A stretch of 41,419 nucleotides of DNA from Bacteroidota bacterium (lineage in GTDB: Bacteria; Bacteroidota; Bacteroidia; Bacteroidales; Prolixibacteraceae): the NCBI GenBank assembly GCA_030706665.1, contig JAUZOB010000001.1:1-41419 (forward strand), written 5' to 3'. The notes below the pieces were generated by a model. The model was given only the letters and a program-made list of their open reading frames with translations. It was not told the origin of the DNA and made no database searches. Both the position numbers and the translations under genes were made by a program. Shown here piece after piece: positions 1 to 8,327 of the stretch (position 1 is its first letter; each line of letters begins with the position of its first letter).

Positions 1-1109
1 ATGCTTACTAAGGCATCTGTTTCGCTTACAGCGGCTATCCATTGTTTTATATTATCTGCATATCTTGTTTTCCATTTGTCTAACTTGATTGCATGATGGA
101 TATCTCGCATGAACAAACCATTGAGTAAAGCTGCAACCAACACGTTACTTCGTTGATCAAAACTTCCCAATATCTTTTTGAGCGATGCAAAAGCTGATAA
201 AGAATTATTTCCCTTAAAGAGTTCTGATTTTATACGAGACAGTTGTATTGATTCAAAATGTTCGTTATCGATTAGCTTTACTAAATAGAAGTAGTTCCCA
301 ATGGTTTTAATAAAATGTCCTAAATGATTGTGCAGGTTATTTATCTTTTTTAAAGACAGAACCGTAATAAACAGCTGGAGGAAGAAGAACATTAGTGCCA
401 CTTTATAGGACATAATCGACATTAGTGCACATCCTCCGGATATTAACATGAGGGTATTGAGAATATAAACACTGTATCTCAACCATGAATTCTGAAAATA
501 ATGTCCCTCTTTTTGCCATCTTGTAATTGTGTGTTCTTCTATAGCAGATGTTGGGTAAACACTTCCGACTGCGCGGAATTTTTGACACCAATCTATTTTT
601 GAAGATAATTCACCGGTCGCCTCTAGTCTGCATTCTATTTCTTTTTTATCTATTGAGGGAGTCATTAACCAATCTGCAAGTAGAGTGGTCCCATTATGTG
701 TTGCCGTTCTGTTTATGGACTGGAACAAGGATTCTTCACCAAATAGATCCAGGTCAAGTGAATAAGGATGCGTCGGGTCAATGTATTGATCTCCTGTTTC
801 CAAAGAAGAATAATCTCCTTTTAAATATTGAACTTCAGTTTGGTTGCATTGAATTAATGCCTCCAGCTCTTTAATCTTCTCTACAATCTTAGAATCCCAT
901 ATGGTAAGTAAAACAAAACCAGATAGGGATAAAGCGCCTAAAATTAGGAAGGTTAAATCGCTAGTAGCGAAAAGGAGATATATTGACCAGATCGTTAATC
1001 CGAAAGACAGTAACTTTAAGAGAGTTATTAGATTGCGATTTGATTTGATTTTTTTTAATGATAACGCATGGCTATCTATCTTATGTTGATAAAAGTCAAA
1101 TAAATTCAT
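1..1109 (-). CDS. MutS-related protein, N-terminal ~369 codons only (membrane-anchored MutS core-domain paralog); the C-terminal part lies beyond the window start
   Basis: Absent from the ORF track because it is open at the window edge. My own minus-strand translation from ATG at 1109 reads MNLFDFYQHKIDSHALSLKKIKSNRNLITLLKLLSFGLTIWSIYLLFATSDLTFLILGALSLSGFVLLTIWDSK...DLDLFGEESLFQSINRTATHNGTTLLADWLMTPS...SWLRYSVYILNTLMLISGGCALMSIMSYKVALMFFFLQLFITVLSL..., with no stop down to position 1. SLFxxxNRTxTxxGxxLLxxWL is the MutS domain III signature. Two pairs of hydrophobic helices flank it. Confidence 0.7.
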   Translation of the reverse strand, partial: MNLFDFYQHKIDSHALSLKKIKSNRNLITLLKLLSFGLTIWSIYLLFATSDLTFLILGALSLSGFVLLTIWDSKIVEKIKELEALIQCNQTEVQYLKGDYSSLETGDQYIDPTHPYSLDLDLFGEESLFQSINRTATHNGTTLLADWLMTPSIDKKEIECRLEATGELSSKIDWCQKFRAVGSVYPTSAIEEHTITRWQKEGHYFQNSWLRYSVYILNTLMLISGGCALMSIMSYKVALMFFFLQLFITVLSLKKINNLHNHLGHFIKTIGNYFYLVKLIDNEHFESIQLSRIKSELFKGNNSLSAFASLKKILGSFDQRSNVLVAALLNGLFMRDIHHAIKLDKWKTRYADNIKQWIAAVSETDALVS

Positions 1110-1348
1110 CTGTCCAAAAGCGTATAAGTGGTAAATTATTTTCTATGACAAACTAATGAGAAAATTAATAGTGTTAGTTGTTATGTTTTAAAATTATTCG
1201 GAATAAAGTGATTTTACAAATGAACCTCTCTGAGGGTAGATCTGATTTTTATAATCTCAAAATATTCAAATATTTCCGGTGGGAGTATTAAGGATAAAAT
1301 GCCTAATAATTGATCTCCGCTCGCTTTTATCTTTTTTTATTATTCTGC

Positions 1349-1356
1349 AAAGATAG
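1349..1356 (-). promoter_or_regulatory. Orphan Bacteroidota-type -7 box (TATCTTTG on the minus strand)
   Basis: The plus strand reads CAAAGATA inside tgcaaagatag, the same decamer context as the tRNA promoter at 1724-1731. It lies ~240 nt upstream of the MutS-like start. I see no TTTG -33 box. Confidence 0.25.
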
Positions 1357-1596
1357 GCTTTCGTTAATGCTCCACAACTTTTTGATGTGATCCATCATTT
1401 AATGCCAGGATCAAAGCTTTTAGAGGTCAATTCAGAGGTGTGAAAAATACAAGCTTCTTTCTCTTCAGACTTTCAAAAATCTTTGCCTGATCTTAGAAAT
1501 CCTCAGATTTTTACGTTGATCCATCAACAGCTTTACTCACAAATTTACGCTGATCCCATTTCTCTTCATGTGGCAGAATGGTGTGAAGTAAAATAA

Positions 1597-1630
1597 GAAA
1601 GCCTTTCAGCTGTAATGCTAAAAGGCTTTC
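1597..1630 (-). terminator. Rho-independent terminator downstream of tRNA-fMet
   Basis: GAAAGCCTTT(c)AGC / GCT(a)AAAGGCTTTC stem: 10 bp, one mismatch, then 3 bp, with a 6-nt loop. It starts 5 nt after the tRNA 3' end and is followed on the minus strand by TTATTTTACTT. Confidence 0.65.
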
Positions 1631-1635
1631 TTTAG

Positions 1636-1708
<73 letters not shown>

Positions 1709-1723
1709 GTGATTTTGTGGGTG

Positions 1724-1754
1724 CAAAGATAGACCAATTTCCTTTAAGTCCAAA
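1724..1754 (-). promoter_or_regulatory. Bacteroidota sigma-A type promoter for the tRNA (-33 TTTG, -7 TAnnTTTG)
   Basis: On the minus strand, TTTG (1754-1751) and TATCTTTG (1731-1724) are separated by 19 nt. The -7 box ends 16 nt upstream of the mature tRNA 5' end. Confidence 0.55.
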
Positions 1755-1898
1755 TATATTTTTTAATAAAGTCGGAATTTATTGCGGATTCTTTTTTGAT
1801 GGTGTGCTTTTCTCGGGAATAAATCAGGGACATTGAGGAATGTTCTTATTCTATTTCAGTTCTTTCTCCGAAAAGTGTCCCTCATTGCGGGAAAATTT

Positions 1899-1906
1899 TA
1901 ATTTTG
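1899..1906 (+). promoter_or_regulatory. Candidate -7 box (TAATTTTG) upstream of dxr
   Basis: Matches TAnnTTTG 33 nt upstream of the GTG start at 1939. No clear -33 element. Confidence 0.35.
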
Positions 1907-1938
1907 TAACTTCTAATTAAAATAGCACAAACCATAAA

Positions 1939-3096
1939 GTGAAAAGAATTGCTCTATTAGGTTCTACCGGTTCAATAGGAACGCAAGCCTTGGATGTAAT
2001 AGCCAGTCATCCCGATAAATTTGAAGTTGAAGTACTTACTGCAAATAATAGTGTAGAGTTACTGATTGAACAGGCTCGAATCTTCAAACCCAATGTGGTT
2101 GTTATTGCGAATGAATCAAAATACGAACTGGTTAAAGAGGCCCTTAAAGGTGAATCAGTGAAAGTATTTGCCGGTGCTGATGCAATCTCTCAGGTTGTTC
2201 AGATGAGTTCTGTGGATGTAGTTCTGACTGCAATGGTCGGATACTCAGGACTGATTCCTACAATCCGTGCGATTGAAGCGGGTAAAAATATTGCACTGGC
2301 CAATAAAGAGACTTTAGTGGTTGCCGGCGATTTGATTACCCGATTGGCAAAAGAGAAAGGGGTTAGCCTTTATCCGGTCGATTCGGAGCATTCTGCTATA
2401 TTTCAATGTCTCACTGGCGAATTCATGAATCCGATTGAGAAGATCTATCTTACCTGCTCCGGGGGACCGTTTAGAGGAATGTCACAGGAACAGCTTGAGA
2501 AAGTTACTCTTGAAGATGCATTAAAGCATCCGAACTGGGACATGGGGGCAAAGATTACAATTGATTCAGCAACAATGATGAATAAAGGGTTCGAAGTGAT
2601 AGAAGCAAAATGGCTTTTTGGACTGACTCCTGAACAAATAGATGTAATCATCCATCCTCAAAGTATTGTTCATTCAATTGTTCAGTTTTGCGATGGATCA
2701 ATGAAAGCGCAGATGGGACTGCCTGACATGAGGCTTCCGATTCAATATGCATTGAGTTTTCCGGAACGTTTTACTTCTTCTTTCCCCAGATTTAATTTTC
2801 TAAACTATCCGAATCTTACCTTTGAGCAACCGAATCCTGATGTCTTTCGCTGTTTGGGCATAGCCTATGAGGCTCTTCGTAAGGGAGGGAATATGGCTTG
2901 TGTGCTCAATGCTGCAAATGAAATTGTTGTTCAGGCATTCTTAAATAAAGAGATCAGGTTTGTTGATATTCCTACCATTATAGGTGAGGTTATGGAAAAA
3001 GCTTCCTATATTGCCTCTCCATCTCTTGAAGACTATATGGAAACGGATAGAATCAGCCGAATTATGGCTCAGCAACTTGTTCTTGAAAAAGCGTAA
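1939..3096 (+). CDS. dxr: 1-deoxy-D-xylulose 5-phosphate reductoisomerase
   Basis: 385 aa. Has the N-terminal LLGSTGSIGTQALDV NADPH-binding motif plus the LANKETLV, DSEHSAIFQC and NKGFEVIEA blocks typical of Dxr. GTG start. Confidence 0.96.
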   Translation: MKRIALLGSTGSIGTQALDVIASHPDKFEVEVLTANNSVELLIEQARIFKPNVVVIANESKYELVKEALKGESVKVFAGADAISQVVQMSSVDVVLTAMVGYSGLIPTIRAIEAGKNIALANKETLVVAGDLITRLAKEKGVSLYPVDSEHSAIFQCLTGEFMNPIEKIYLTCSGGPFRGMSQEQLEKVTLEDALKHPNWDMGAKITIDSATMMNKGFEVIEAKWLFGLTPEQIDVIIHPQSIVHSIVQFCDGSMKAQMGLPDMRLPIQYALSFPERFTSSFPRFNFLNYPNLTFEQPNPDVFRCLGIAYEALRKGGNMACVLNAANEIVVQAFLNKEIRFVDIPTIIGEVMEKASYIASPSLEDYMETDRISRIMAQQLVLEKA

Positions 3097-3120
3097 TAGA
3101 TGATAATAACCTTGAAATAA

Positions 3121-4449
3121 ATGGAAATATTGATTAAAGCAGCCCAGTTGATCCTGAGTCTCTCGATCCTGGTTATTCTACATGAATTTGGACACTTCTT
3201 TTTTGCCCGTCTCTTTAAATGTCGGGTTGAAAAGTTCTATCTTTTCTTTGACCCTTGGTTCTCATTATATAAAACAAAAAAAGGTGAGACAGAATATGGC
3301 ATCGGATGGATCCCGCTAGGAGGATATGTAAAGATCTCAGGGATGATTGACGAGTCAATGGATAAAGAACAACTGAAACTTCCGCCGAAACCATATGAGT
3401 TCCGTTCAAAAGCCCCATGGCAGCGATTATTGATTATGATTGGCGGTGTAACGATGAATTTCATCTTTGCGATCTTGATTTATATCGGCGTCATGTTTAC
3501 CTGGGGGAAAGAATATCTGCCGACTACCAATGCAAAATATGGAATTGTTGTAAATGAAACCGGTAAGAAGATAGGACTTGAAACAGGAGATAAGATTCTC
3601 TCAGTTGATAATCAGCCGGTAGAGGAATTCTTCAAAATCATTCCCCAGGTTTTACTCGAAAAGGCAAAAACAATTCAGGTTGAACGAAATGGACTGAAGA
3701 AAGATGTTGAAATCGACAATCAGGACCTTGCACTTTTGATCAAGGATTCAAAAGAAGTTATTGCACCAAGGCTACATTTCGGGTTCTATGTGAAAGATTT
3801 CTCAAAAGGGTCACCTGCTAAAGCTGCAGGGATGAAAGTTGGGGATCAAATTTTAGCACTGAATGATAAACGCTTTGTTTTCTATGATGAGTTTACAAGT
3901 GAACTCAAAAACAGTAAGAATAATCCGGTTAAAGTAACAGTTCTGCGTAAGAATGCGGAAGTTAGTCTGATTGTGACACCGACCAAAGAGGGACTTTTAG
4001 GAATTTTCAATGACGTAAATCGTATTGAAAGTTTCGAAATGAAGACCATCCACTATAGTTTCTTCGCTTCTATTCCTGCAGGCATCGATTTGGGCGTTAC
4101 AACCGTAAGAAACTATCTTAAACAATTTAAGCTGATATTTTCACCTGAAACAAAAGCCTATCAATCTTTAGGAGGATTTATTGCCATTGGGAAAATTTTC
4201 CCCGGGACATGGAGTTGGTTCGCATTCTGGAACCTGACTGCACTTCTTTCAATTATTCTGGCAGTGATGAATTTGTTGCCCATTCCTGCACTCGACGGAG
4301 GACATGTCCTTTTCCTTCTTTTTGAAATAATTACAGGACGGAAACCTGGGGAGAAATTCCTGGAATATGCACAGATTGCAGGGATGGTCTTACTTCTGGC
4401 TCTTGTCTTGTTCGCAAATGGAAATGATATTGTGAAACTCTTCAAATAG
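3121..4449 (+). CDS. rseP: RIP (site-2) zinc metalloprotease RseP, peptidase M50
   Basis: 442 aa. HEFGHFFFA (HExxH) sits in the first TM helix, there are central PDZ-like segments, and NLLPIPALDGGH (NxxPxxxLDG) lies near the C-terminus. It starts 24 nt downstream of dxr, the classical dxr-rseP linkage. Confidence 0.93.
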   Translation: MEILIKAAQLILSLSILVILHEFGHFFFARLFKCRVEKFYLFFDPWFSLYKTKKGETEYGIGWIPLGGYVKISGMIDESMDKEQLKLPPKPYEFRSKAPWQRLLIMIGGVTMNFIFAILIYIGVMFTWGKEYLPTTNAKYGIVVNETGKKIGLETGDKILSVDNQPVEEFFKIIPQVLLEKAKTIQVERNGLKKDVEIDNQDLALLIKDSKEVIAPRLHFGFYVKDFSKGSPAKAAGMKVGDQILALNDKRFVFYDEFTSELKNSKNNPVKVTVLRKNAEVSLIVTPTKEGLLGIFNDVNRIESFEMKTIHYSFFASIPAGIDLGVTTVRNYLKQFKLIFSPETKAYQSLGGFIAIGKIFPGTWSWFAFWNLTALLSIILAVMNLLPIPALDGGHVLFLLFEIITGRKPGEKFLEYAQIAGMVLLLALVLFANGNDIVKLFK

Positions 4450-4488
4450 ATAAAAAACATTTGAAGCACAAAGAGATAAATAATTAAT

Positions 4489-4496
4489 TATTTTTG
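4489..4496 (+). promoter_or_regulatory. Candidate -7 box (TATTTTTG) upstream of tatA
   Basis: Matches TAnnTTTG and overlaps the TTG that the ORF track uses as start (4494). This argues that the real tatA start is a downstream ATG. Confidence 0.4.
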
Positions 4497-4538
4497 TATC
4501 AAACACTAAAACATGTAGATATGGAGACATTGTTTGTT

Positions 4539-4736
4539 ATGCTCCTTAGTATGCCCGGAGGAGGAGAATGGGTACTAATTCTCTTAGTTGTTCTTTTCCT
4601 ATTTGGAGGGAAGAAAATTCCTGAACTGATGAAAGGTATCGGTCAGGGAATGAAAGAATTTAAAAAAGCAAGCCAGGTCGATGAGGATAGTCCCAAAGAA
4701 GACGCTTCTAAGAAACAAGATTCAATAAAAGAATAA
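4539..4736 (+). CDS. tatA: Twin-arginine translocase subunit TatA/E
   Basis: [44 protein letters not shown] is the canonical TatA TM helix, hinge (FG) and amphipathic helix, followed by an acidic tail. The start is uncertain: ATGs at 4521, 4539 and 4551 are all in frame. The track's TTG at 4494 is unlikely. Confidence 0.85.
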   Translation: MLLSMPGGGEWVLILLVVLFLFGGKKIPELMKGIGQGMKEFKKASQVDEDSPKEDASKKQDSIKE

Positions 4737-4766
4737 TCAGATATTAGATATCTTGGCTTTAGCTCT

Positions 4767-4795
4767 AAAATCCCGCTCGATGCGGGATTTTTTTT
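4767..4795 (+). terminator. Rho-independent terminator after tatA
   Basis: AAAATCCCGC-tcgat-GCGGGATTTT stem (10 bp), with the T-run continuing to 4795. Confidence 0.9.
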
Positions 4796-5095
4796 ATCTA
4801 TATCATTGCTTTCCTCTTCTTTTTTATACATCTTTGAGTTAGGCTCTCTTGTTGTTTAAAGACAAACAAGAGTTATATCCGGGCCTAATTTTCTAATTGA
4901 TAAGAGTTATCCATTGGTCTGGCGAAGCCTTATTGCATCAATAATATTTTACAGAAAATCTTATTGATTGACATTATTGGCATCAATCTATTATTTGCTG
5001 ACCTATTATTTTAAGTCCGGACATGCAAGGAATAAAAGCAGAGAGAAAAATGCTGACTTTGCCGAATGATATTTTATTTTTTAATATTGAAAGCA

Positions 5096-6535
5096 ATGAA
5101 TATTCGTATATTGAAAAAAGAGTTTCCTGATGGAAATTACCCCACTGTTTTTCTTGTCTCAGATAAATGTAACATTCACGATTTACCGGTTTCATCTCAG
5201 GAAGCGAAATATATAGAACGGTGTCGTGAGAATGGTGAAACTGAAATTTATATCAATCGATTAGATACCTGGATCTATATTTGTTTTAACAATGAATCTC
5301 AATTCCTGACGGAACAGTTAGAGGCAGCCAGGTGCGCCGGATTCCGTCTTTCAGAGATAATTCATAAAGAGAAAAGTCAAAAGATCACACTCATTGATTG
5401 GAGCAACTCCGGTGAATTGATTCTGGCATTAGCGGAAGGAATAGTCCTTTCCGGATATCGGTTCCTGAAATATATGACTGATAAAAAGAAACTGAACTTT
5501 CCATTGGAGGAGATTGAATTGGTGGGGAGTGCCGTAAAGAGTGACCGGATTGAACAATTTACACAGTTACTGGAAGCAGTCAGTATTGCTCGTGATTTGG
5601 TGAATGAACCTTCTATATCATTGAATACATTCTCCTTGTGTTCGGTTGTGTGCAAATTGGGTGAGGAATCCGGATTCAAAGTTGATATTCTCGGAATGGA
5701 TGAAATCCGTTCTCTGAACATGGGTGGACTTCTTGCAGTTAACAAAGGAAGTGTTGATCCACCTGCGTTTGTCATTATGGAGTGGAAGCCGGAAAGATAT
5801 AATAATGAGCAACCGGTCGTTTTGGTTGGGAAAGGGATAACATTCGATACCGGCGGTATCAATTTGAAAACTCAGCCTGCCTGGATAGAACCCATGAAGT
5901 CAGATATGAGCGGAGGGGCAACTGTTATTGCAACCCTTTATGCATTGGCTAAGGCAAAGATGCCGGTTTATGCAGTCGGGCTTGTCCCGGTTACCGATAA
6001 TCGTCCCGGAGGGAATGCAATTGTTCCCGGAGATGTTATCACGATGGCTGATGGTTCGACCGTTGAGGTTATAAATACCGATGCAGAAGGAAGGCTGATT
6101 CTTGCCGATGCGCTGCACTATGCTGCCCGATACAATCCTTCTCTGGTTATTGATGTGGCAACATTGACCGGCTCAGCTGCCAATGCGATTGGAAGCAAAG
6201 CGATGGTGGGGATGCAGAAAGGAGCACAAGAATCACTGGAAACCCTTCAGCGCATTGGTCATCTTGTCCACGAACGAATCGTTGAATTCCCCATGTGGGA
6301 TGATTATGCTGAATCTCTCAAATCGGATGTTGCCGATCTGAAAAATATAGGGGGAAAAGAGGCTGGTGCAATCACTGCTGCCAAATTCCTGGAACACTTT
6401 GCAACCGGGTTCCCCTGGATACACCTTGATATTGCAGGACCTGCTTTCATTGAGAGTTTCGATAAGTACCGGGGAAAAGGAGGAACCGGCGTAGGGGTCC
6501 GGTTATTGTTTAACTATTTAAAAGACTATAAATAA
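5096..6535 (+). CDS. pepA: Leucyl aminopeptidase (peptidase M17)
   Basis: Has the VGKGITFDTGG, MKSDMSGGA and NTDAEGRLILADAL M17 metal/active-site blocks. I prefer the ATG at 5096 (MNIRILKKE...) over the track start at 5066, which adds a hydrophobic 10-aa extension. Confidence 0.9.
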   Translation: MNIRILKKEFPDGNYPTVFLVSDKCNIHDLPVSSQEAKYIERCRENGETEIYINRLDTWIYICFNNESQFLTEQLEAARCAGFRLSEIIHKEKSQKITLIDWSNSGELILALAEGIVLSGYRFLKYMTDKKKLNFPLEEIELVGSAVKSDRIEQFTQLLEAVSIARDLVNEPSISLNTFSLCSVVCKLGEESGFKVDILGMDEIRSLNMGGLLAVNKGSVDPPAFVIMEWKPERYNNEQPVVLVGKGITFDTGGINLKTQPAWIEPMKSDMSGGATVIATLYALAKAKMPVYAVGLVPVTDNRPGGNAIVPGDVITMADGSTVEVINTDAEGRLILADALHYAARYNPSLVIDVATLTGSAANAIGSKAMVGMQKGAQESLETLQRIGHLVHERIVEFPMWDDYAESLKSDVADLKNIGGKEAGAITAAKFLEHFATGFPWIHLDIAGPAFIESFDKYRGKGGTGVGVRLLFNYLKDYK

Positions 6536-6540
6536 CCGAT

Positions 6541-6556
6541 TACTTTTGTATTTTTG
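6541..6556 (+). promoter_or_regulatory. Two overlapping candidate -7 boxes (TACTTTTG, TATTTTTG) upstream of pdxA
   Basis: Both match TAnnTTTG and lie 50-65 nt upstream of the pdxA ATG at 6607. Confidence 0.4.
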
Positions 6557-6606
6557 CATACAATGATTAAATATTGTTCTCCAGATAAATTTATAAGGAA
6601 CAACAG

Positions 6607-7698
6607 ATGAAAAACGAAAAAATCAGAGTAGGAATTACACACGGCGATATAAATGGGATTGGATACGAAGTTATCATGAAAACCCTTATGGATAGCCGTA
6701 TTATAGAACTTTGTACACCTATTGTATATGGATCTCCAAAAGTCGCAGCATATCATCGTAAAGCATTGAATCTTGAGGCGGCTATAACACTTCATCATAT
6801 TCGTTCTGCAGAGGAAGCCGATCCGACAAAAGCAAATATTGTAAACTGCGTGGATGATAATATTCGCGTTGAGCTTGGAAAATCAACTGCTGCTGCAGGG
6901 GAAGCTTCTTATATTGCCCTTCAGACAGCGGTGAGTGACTTGAAGAGAGGTCTCATCGATGTTCTGGTTACTGCTCCTATTAATAAAGATAATATCCAGT
7001 CAGAAAACTTCCATTTTCCGGGTCATACTGAATATCTGGCCAGTGAATTTGGAAATAAGGAGAATGTCATGCTCATGGTTTCAGAGTCAATGAAAGTTGG
7101 GGTTGTTACCGGGCATATTCCGATCTCACAGGTTTCTTCTCAAATTACAGCTCAAAAAATTCTTACGAAACTGAGAATCATTGCCAAAAGTATGGCACAG
7201 GACTTCTCCTTTTCAAGGCCTCGGATTGCGGTACTTGGATTGAATCCCCATGCAGGAGATAATGGATTATTGGGGAAAGAAGAACAGGAGGTTATTATTC
7301 CTGCTTTGAAACAAGCCCGTGAAGAGGGAATCATTGCCATGGGGCCTTATCCTGCTGATGGTTTCTTCGGATCTAATGAGTATACAAAATTCGATGCAAT
7401 TTTGGCTATGTATCACGATCAGGGATTAATACCGTTCAAGGCTCTTTCATTTGAAAGTGGCGTAAATTATACTGCCGGCCTCCCGATTATTCGTACATCT
7501 CCGGCTCATGGCACTGCTTATAATATTGCGGGCGAAGATGTGGCATCCTGCGATTCATTCCGGAATGCGCTATATATGGCATGCGATATCTTTCGCAGTC
7601 GGGCTGTTTATCAGGAAATTGCTGCTGATCCATTGAGGAAACAGACGATTGAACAACCTTACGATGAAGATGTCCCCGATACCAATCTCGAAGAATAA
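6607..7698 (+). CDS. pdxA: 4-hydroxythreonine-4-phosphate dehydrogenase
   Basis: 363 aa. Has the GDINGIGYEV, FPGHTEYLA, LNPHAGDNG, YHDQGLIPFK and RTSPAHGTA blocks of the PdxA family. Confidence 0.93.
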   Translation: MKNEKIRVGITHGDINGIGYEVIMKTLMDSRIIELCTPIVYGSPKVAAYHRKALNLEAAITLHHIRSAEEADPTKANIVNCVDDNIRVELGKSTAAAGEASYIALQTAVSDLKRGLIDVLVTAPINKDNIQSENFHFPGHTEYLASEFGNKENVMLMVSESMKVGVVTGHIPISQVSSQITAQKILTKLRIIAKSMAQDFSFSRPRIAVLGLNPHAGDNGLLGKEEQEVIIPALKQAREEGIIAMGPYPADGFFGSNEYTKFDAILAMYHDQGLIPFKALSFESGVNYTAGLPIIRTSPAHGTAYNIAGEDVASCDSFRNALYMACDIFRSRAVYQEIAADPLRKQTIEQPYDEDVPDTNLEE

Positions 7699-7709
7699 CC
7701 CATATCTTT

Positions 7710-8291
7710 ATGTTTGAATATATTAAAGGGAAAATAGTTGATTTAAAACCAGCCAATGTTGTCTTGGAATCAGGCTTCATTGGCTGGTTTATTAATATCT
7801 CGCTGAATTCATATTCGCAACTTAACGGGAAGTCTGATGCCCAATTGTTTATCCATGAAGTTATTCGTGAGGATGCCCATCTTTTATACGGATTTGCCGA
7901 AGCATCAGAGCGCGAGTTGTTTCGTTTACTAGTTTCAGTAAGTGGGATCGGATCCAACACTGCCATGATGATGCTTTCGTCACTTTCGCCCGATGATCTG
8001 TGCGATGCAATAATGAAAGAAAATGTAAACGCACTGAAAGGGATTAAAGGGATTGGTGTCAAAACGGCTCAGCGTGTAATTATTGAACTTAAAGATAAAA
8101 TAGGTAAACGTTCGGTAAGTTATCAAATTTTTAGTTTACCGGACAATACTGTACGTATTGAAGCGTTATCTGCTTTAGTGATGCTTGGATTTAACAAGAA
8201 GGATGCAGAGAAGACCATTGATAAGATATTGAAAGATGTTCCTCAGACTCCGGTTGAACTTGTCATAAAAACAGCACTAAAACAATTATAG
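7710..8291 (+). CDS. ruvA: Holliday junction branch migration complex subunit RuvA
   Basis: 193 aa. MFEYIKGKIVDLKPANVVLESGFIGWFINIS is the OB-fold N-terminus, and LVSVSGIGSNTAMMMLS and IKGIGVKTAQRVIIELK are the two HhH motifs. It starts 11 nt after pdxA. Confidence 0.95.
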   Translation: MFEYIKGKIVDLKPANVVLESGFIGWFINISLNSYSQLNGKSDAQLFIHEVIREDAHLLYGFAEASERELFRLLVSVSGIGSNTAMMMLSSLSPDDLCDAIMKENVNALKGIKGIGVKTAQRVIIELKDKIGKRSVSYQIFSLPDNTVRIEALSALVMLGFNKKDAEKTIDKILKDVPQTPVELVIKTALKQL

Positions 8292-8327
8292 AGAGCCTAA
8301 TAATTCTCTTAAGATAAATGGATATCA

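Noticed and set aside
403-1089. Three short track ORFs (403-591 -, 548-874 +, 901-1089 +)
   Set aside because: They overlap the long open minus-strand frame of the MutS-related gene, which carries a real family signature. These are alternative-frame artefacts.
7487-8062. 191-aa minus-strand ORF spanning the pdxA/ruvA junction, with similar antisense ORFs at 5377-5862, 16892-17311, 23236-23622, 24975-25319, 25591-25944 and 34805-35237
   Set aside because: All lie antisense to, or out of frame within, strongly supported conserved genes. They have no recognisable motifs and odd Cys/Ser/Ile-rich composition typical of shadow ORFs.
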